DNA of 41,942 nucleotides from Terriglobia bacterium (GTDB lineage Bacteria; Acidobacteriota; Terriglobia; JAIQFV01): NCBI GenBank assembly GCA_049685715.1, contig JBAVHJ010000508.1, positions 1 to 41,942 of the forward strand, read 5' to 3'. Shown piece by piece: positions 37,806 to 41,942 of this stretch (position 1 is its first letter; each line of letters starts with the position of its first letter). The notes under the pieces were generated by a model. It saw only the letters and a program-made list of their open reading frames with translations, ran no database searches and was not told where the DNA came from. The position numbers and the translations under genes were made by a program.

Positions 37806-38054
37806 ATGTTGCCCGACGATGACATGTTGCGGGCGTTTATCGCCGACACGTTGACAAGAGAAGAGGAACATCCTTCCTCGCAGGCATGCGACAATCCGTA
37901 TCAAGGGGGTGAGAAACACAAGATCCGCGAGATGGCGAGCGCCCCGGTCCCCTCAATGAAACGCCGCGGTATGGAGGCTAGTCTGAAATCCATTCTGATA
38001 ACGGGCCTGTTGATCCTGGTTATATTCTTCGTCTGGTTTGTGGTTTCCAAATGA
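37806..38054 (+). CDS. Possible small membrane-anchored protein (82 aa)
   Basis: ATG preceded by GAAGGGA. Acidic N-terminus and a single C-terminal TM helix ILITGLLILVIFFVWFVV. No family recognised. Confidence 0.3.
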   Translation: MLPDDDMLRAFIADTLTREEEHPSSQACDNPYQGGEKHKIREMASAPVPSMKRRGMEASLKSILITGLLILVIFFVWFVVSK

Positions 38055-38165
38055 TCACGCTGGGATGATCGTAGACGGTAGGGGAAACATTCGTCGTGAT
38101 GGGTTCGGTCGAACCCCTCTCATGGATTGTTTTACTTCGTTGTGGGTAGTCTCAGGAGTGGAAGC

Positions 38166-38963
38166 ATGCTGGAAAAGGTAAATCTCAAGTTATCGCTCTC
38201 GAAGGCAGAGTGTCAACGGCGACTGGCTCATCTCCAAAACAGGCTGTACGATCTCGAACATGCGATCTACCAGGCGGGTATACCGGTGGCCATTGTCTTT
38301 GAGGGCTGGGCCGCCGCAGGGAAGGGAAGTACGATCCGCGTCCTTGCCGAGCGGATGGATCCACGGGGGTTCCGCGTCGTCTCCATCACCCCGCCCCGCA
38401 CAGCAGAATTGCAGTACCCCTGGCTGTGGCGTTTCTGGCAGAAGATCCCGGCTTGTGGTCAGATCCTCGTCTATGACACCTCCTGGTATCGGCGAGTCCT
38501 CATCGATCGAGTGGCCAAGATCGTTCGTAAGCAGGAATGGCAAGCCGCATTTCAGGACATTTCGGAATTTGAGGAGCAGTTGGCTGCCGACGGAACAGTC
38601 ATACTCAAGTTCTGGCTGCATATCAGCAAGAGAGAACAATCGCGACGGTTTAAGAAGCTGCTCAAGAATAACTTGACAGCCTGGCAGGTGAGCGATGAAG
38701 ACGCCGCACAACACAAGGCCTACAAAAAGTACTCAGTGGCCGTGGAGGAAATGTTGGCACGGACTGACTCGCCTCAAGCTCCCTGGACTATTGTTGAAGC
38801 CACCGATCGCCATTTTTGCCGCAATAAAGTGATCGAAACGATCGTCCGTGCGCTTGAAAGGCGATTGGGCGATCACGCACCACCCCCGTCAAGGGTTCGG
38901 GTCAAGAAGAACACAGGATCGTCTTCTGCTCCACCCAAGGTTGAAGCGGAGATCGTGAGTTAG
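38166..38963 (+). CDS. ppk2: Polyphosphate kinase 2 family protein (variant Walker A)
   Basis: IVFEGWAAAGKGSTIRVL...DPRGFRV...YPWLWRFWQKIP..G.ILVYDTSWYRRVLIDRV matches PPK2. ATG at 38166 is preceded by AGGAG. The ORF-track start at 38127 was rejected. Confidence 0.85.
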   Translation: MLEKVNLKLSLSKAECQRRLAHLQNRLYDLEHAIYQAGIPVAIVFEGWAAAGKGSTIRVLAERMDPRGFRVVSITPPRTAELQYPWLWRFWQKIPACGQILVYDTSWYRRVLIDRVAKIVRKQEWQAAFQDISEFEEQLAADGTVILKFWLHISKREQSRRFKKLLKNNLTAWQVSDEDAAQHKAYKKYSVAVEEMLARTDSPQAPWTIVEATDRHFCRNKVIETIVRALERRLGDHAPPPSRVRVKKNTGSSSAPPKVEAEIVS

Positions 38964-39062
38964 CCTGTTCGGAGGATATGGAACCGGCCAATAGCCTTGC
39001 AGGAAAGCCGATACGCCGCCTTTCAGCCAGGATCAAGGCAGATCTCTTAAAGGAGTCATCGC

Positions 39063-39770
39063 ATGCTTGAACTGATCGATCTCGAGCAACGCCTGTCCCA
39101 CGCCCACTATAATCTCCAGCGCGAGCGCCTTCAGAACGAGTTGCATTTATGGTGCTACCAGGCATACAAGCAAAAACGGCCGGTCATCATCGTGTTTGAG
39201 GGGTGGGATGCCGCAGGAAAGGGGGGGACGATCAAACGGCTCACTGAACGAATTGATCCGCGAGGGTATGTCGTGTGGCCCATCGGCGCCCCCACGGGAG
39301 ACGATAAAACCCATCACTATCTTTACCGATTCTGGCGTCGTCTGCCGGCTGCGGGTGAGATTGCCATCTTCGACCGCTCCTGGTACGGACGCGTGCTTGT
39401 GGAGCGGGTGGAAGGATACTGCATCGAATCCTCATGGAAACGGGCCTACAGCGAAATCAACCAGTTTGAACGGCAACTCGTTGATTTCGGCACGATCATC
39501 CTGAAGTTCTGGATGCATATCAGTCGAGAGGAACAACTACGTCGATTCAAAGAGCGAGAACATATCAATTATAAATCCTGGAAGCTTACGGAGGAGGATT
39601 GGCGCAACCGGGGAAAATGGGAGGATTACGAACCCGCGGTTGAGGACATGCTTGTGAAGACGAGTACTCACCGAGTCCCTTGGACCATTATCGAAGCCAA
39701 CGACAAACCGTTCGCCCGCATCAAGGTGATGAAAACAACGGTCAGTAAGCTCAAACAGGAATTGGTTTAG
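39063..39770 (+). CDS. ppk2: Polyphosphate kinase 2 family protein (canonical Walker A)
   Basis: IIVFEGWDAAGKGGTIKRL...DPRGYVV...HYLYRFWRRLPAAGEIAIFDRSWYGRVLVERV matches PPK2. Confidence 0.9.
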   Translation: MLELIDLEQRLSHAHYNLQRERLQNELHLWCYQAYKQKRPVIIVFEGWDAAGKGGTIKRLTERIDPRGYVVWPIGAPTGDDKTHHYLYRFWRRLPAAGEIAIFDRSWYGRVLVERVEGYCIESSWKRAYSEINQFERQLVDFGTIILKFWMHISREEQLRRFKEREHINYKSWKLTEEDWRNRGKWEDYEPAVEDMLVKTSTHRVPWTIIEANDKPFARIKVMKTTVSKLKQELV

Positions 39771-40277
39771 TATCCACTGCGAGACGAGAACCCCAAGGAA
39801 TTATCAACCAATCATTGCCTGCAACTCCCTTCGATCAGGTTCCGATGGTCAACACAAGAGATCTGCCGAATGGGTTCCGTGACCTTAATCACACAACCTG
39901 ATGAATCTTCTGATACCATTTTCATTGTCTTTGTCTAATGAAATGTGTGTTGCGTCTTATCTGGGCGGATTTTGATCTATGATTAACTTTAGCATTTTGG
40001 ATTAGATGGATTTATTGAGATATTTACCCTCAAGATGATCGGAGACAAAACACGGTGTGATTCATACGTCCACCGTTGAGAGGACGAAGCGAACAGGGAA
40101 TTTTTCTCTGAATTGAGATCGAATCTCTTTCCGGGTTCAATAAATATTTGGCTATGCATCGCCTCCCAATTCCAGGCTCGATACAGGTTCCGAAAAAAAC
40201 CTTGCATAATCAGTAGTTGCCTTGATGAGTTATGCAGCGGATACAGACCTCACAGGATGCCAACTGGAAATTATGTT

Positions 40278-40293
40278 TGGCCAAATGATTGCT
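40278..40293 (+). promoter_or_regulatory. Candidate sigma54 (-24/-12) promoter
   Basis: TGGCCAAATGATTGCT has GG and GC at the consensus spacing of TGGCAC-N5-TTGCW. It lies about 60 nt upstream of the ATG at 40354. A 7-bp inverted repeat tgcataa/ttatgca (40203-40209 and 40230-40236) lies just upstream. Confidence 0.35.
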
Positions 40294-40353
40294 GCCTAAT
40301 TTCTGAACAAAAAATTAACCCTTTAGGATTTTTAACTAAGTGGAGGTGTAGAA

Positions 40354-41178
40354 ATGCGGAAATCTATTCGTGTCTGTTTTCTAGTTTTAGTATCCCTGAT
40401 GTTGGTCTCTGGCCTCGGTTGGGCTGATAACAGTAACGGTAATGGTCCGGTTCAGACAGGGTATGCGGTCGTCACTCCCACAACAACCCCGAGTGGGTTG
40501 GTTGTTTTTGAGACCTTTGGGGAAAGGGAGGGGAACGCCACAACGCAAGCAGGAGTTTTGCCCGCAAACATGACGACCGATGCGTTGATTTTTGTGAGGT
40601 CGAACGGTCGTCTCTCTCGAAACCTGGGTGTCGCGATCACGAATCCCGGGAGCACAACTGCCAATATTACGCTGACGCTTCGACAAGGAGATGGGACGAC
40701 CGTGACCACGAGAACGCTGACTGTGGCGGCAGGACAACAGGTTTCGCAATTTGTGACGGAGTTGTTTTCGAGCATGTCCCAAGTTCAAACTGATTTTAAC
40801 GGGACGCTCCGGATTACTTCCGACACGCCCGTTGCCGTCATCGGCCTGCGATTTCGAGGGAACAACTTCAGCACTCTGCCCGTCACGACACTCTCTCCAA
40901 TCACCAATGTGCCGTTGATTTCCGCTGGCGTGGGCGGGCCGGGATCCTTGATCCTGCCGCAGTTTGCCACGGGAGGCGGTTGGGCGACTGAAATCGTCCT
41001 CGTGAATTCCGGCGCGGCAACCCTGACGGTTCGCGTGGATCTGTTCAAGAACGATGGGACGCCGTTAACCGCATCTTTGAATGGGCAATCAGCGAGTAGC
41101 TTTATGAACCTGACGATCCCCGCGGGGGGTGTTCTGGTCCTTGCCCAACTCGACAACAACGGAGACGACGACTTTTAG
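40354..41178 (+). CDS. Secreted beta-rich hypothetical protein with two related halves
   Basis: Signal peptide MRKSIRVCFLVLVSLMLVSGLGWA and SD GGAGGTG. The second half carries LPQFATGGGWATEIVLVN, a motif I recall from many uncharacterised secreted proteins. Confidence 0.75.
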   Translation: MRKSIRVCFLVLVSLMLVSGLGWADNSNGNGPVQTGYAVVTPTTTPSGLVVFETFGEREGNATTQAGVLPANMTTDALIFVRSNGRLSRNLGVAITNPGSTTANITLTLRQGDGTTVTTRTLTVAAGQQVSQFVTELFSSMSQVQTDFNGTLRITSDTPVAVIGLRFRGNNFSTLPVTTLSPITNVPLISAGVGGPGSLILPQFATGGGWATEIVLVNSGAATLTVRVDLFKNDGTPLTASLNGQSASSFMNLTIPAGGVLVLAQLDNNGDDDF

Positions 41179-41337
41179 GGAAAAAGGCTAAGAAGAACAT
41201 TGAGGCCGGGAGTTTTTGGTTTTCAGGTTGAGGCTGCCTCCGAGGAAGGCTTCGAAATCTCAGCCCATCCGAAGTTGAAGACCGAAGCTTCCGGCATTTT
41301 TTTATAAAGGGTTTTCAGGATATCGGTGAAGGGATTT

Positions 41338-41359
41338 CAGCCTGGAGGCAGGCTGTTTT
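41338..41359 (+). terminator. Candidate intrinsic terminator for the secreted-protein gene
   Basis: cagcctg-gagg-caggctg (7-bp stem) is followed by TTTT. It abuts the stop codon of the convergent BMC gene. Confidence 0.3.
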
Positions 41360-41910
41360 CAGATCATTTCGTTCAATAATTCTTCGCGGGGTTGCGGGAT
41401 CACCACTTTATTGACCAGGAGCCCTTTTTGGGCAATGACCTCTGCGCCTGCGTCGACCGCACTACGTACCGCCGCGACAGGGCCTGTCAGGGTTACAAAA
41501 GCTTTCCCCCCGAGCGCCATGGCCAGGCGCACTTCAATCAGTCTGACCTGCGCCGTCTTGGCCGCCGCGTCCGCCGCCTCGATCAATGACGCCACGGAGA
41601 AAGATTCAATGATGCCGAGCGCTTCCAGCAATTCGACTTTGCTGGTGCCGGCGATGGCGGGGAAGATTGATTCATGGACGTTGGGTATGACAAAGGTATC
41701 GATCACGGAAAAGTCACCCGCCCGACTTCCGGCCTCAACGCTGGATTCCACCGCGGCGACGTCCCCTCCCACCATAACCATGTATTTGCCGGAACAGATC
41801 GTTCTCGAAAGGATTAGCTCGACGTCTGCGGCTTTTAGCATCGCGTCACAGGCCTCAAATCCCGCGGCAATGCTGCTGAGTTCAATAAGCCCAATGGAGT
41901 TTTTTAGCAT
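41359..41910 (-). CDS. Tandem-domain bacterial microcompartment shell protein (BMC-T, PduT-like)
   Basis: Two BMC repeats: IGLIELSSIAAGFEACDAMLKAADVELI and LGIIESFSVASLIEAADAAAKTAQVRLI. At 183 aa it is the same length class as PduT. TICSGKY aligns with the PduT TICPGKF Fe-S cysteine position as I recall it. Confidence 0.9.
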   Translation of the reverse strand: MLKNSIGLIELSSIAAGFEACDAMLKAADVELILSRTICSGKYMVMVGGDVAAVESSVEAGSRAGDFSVIDTFVIPNVHESIFPAIAGTSKVELLEALGIIESFSVASLIEAADAAAKTAQVRLIEVRLAMALGGKAFVTLTGPVAAVRSAVDAGAEVIAQKGLLVNKVVIPQPREELLNEMI

Positions 41911-41942
41911 GCCCCGCCGTTAAATTCCGATTTCTCAAGGTG

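Overview
High-GC bacterial chromosomal window, probably Acidobacteriota. That placement is an inference from a PadR regulator abutting an ADOP-type duplicated FtsX/MacB permease, a pairing typical of the phylum. I support about 27 CDS and one tRNA-Met(CAU).

Gene order, left to right:
- ECF sigma / anti-sigma / DUF4097-like secreted protein
- PadR + ADOP permease
- RluA-family pseudouridine synthase, then the tRNA
- about 1 kb with no convincing ORF
- an orphan module: a 770-aa protein built on a tandemly duplicated Cys-containing domain, a DUF1360-like membrane protein, and an overlapping small protein
- a four-helix-bundle gene (23S-IVS protein / Avd-like fold) boxed by inverted and direct repeats
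- an AT-rich islet with a DUF3800 gene
- two tandem paralogous PAS/GAF hybrid histidine kinases (1023 and about 1857 aa), separated by a 327-bp hairpin-rich palindromic element
- a xanthine-dehydrogenase-family molybdoenzyme cluster with an SsnA/8-oxoguanine-deaminase-like amidohydrolase, a YgfK-N-terminal-like Fe-S protein and a ThrC-like PLP enzyme
- pyrB
- a beta-lactamase-fold / amidohydrolase-3 fusion
- two tandem PPK2 genes
- a secreted beta-rich protein
- a PduT-like tandem-BMC shell gene at the right edge

I recognised no CRISPR array, rRNA, transposase, integrase or reverse transcriptase.

Best candidates for something undescribed:
1. The orphan 8790-11902 module and the repeat-boxed four-helix-bundle cassette beside it.
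2. Two IR-bounded multi-hairpin elements (6347-6593 and 17747-18073).
3. An AT-rich, internally repetitive in-frame insertion inside the molybdopterin subunit (28919-29065).

All family calls come from motif recognition by eye. No searches or numerical composition calculations were run.
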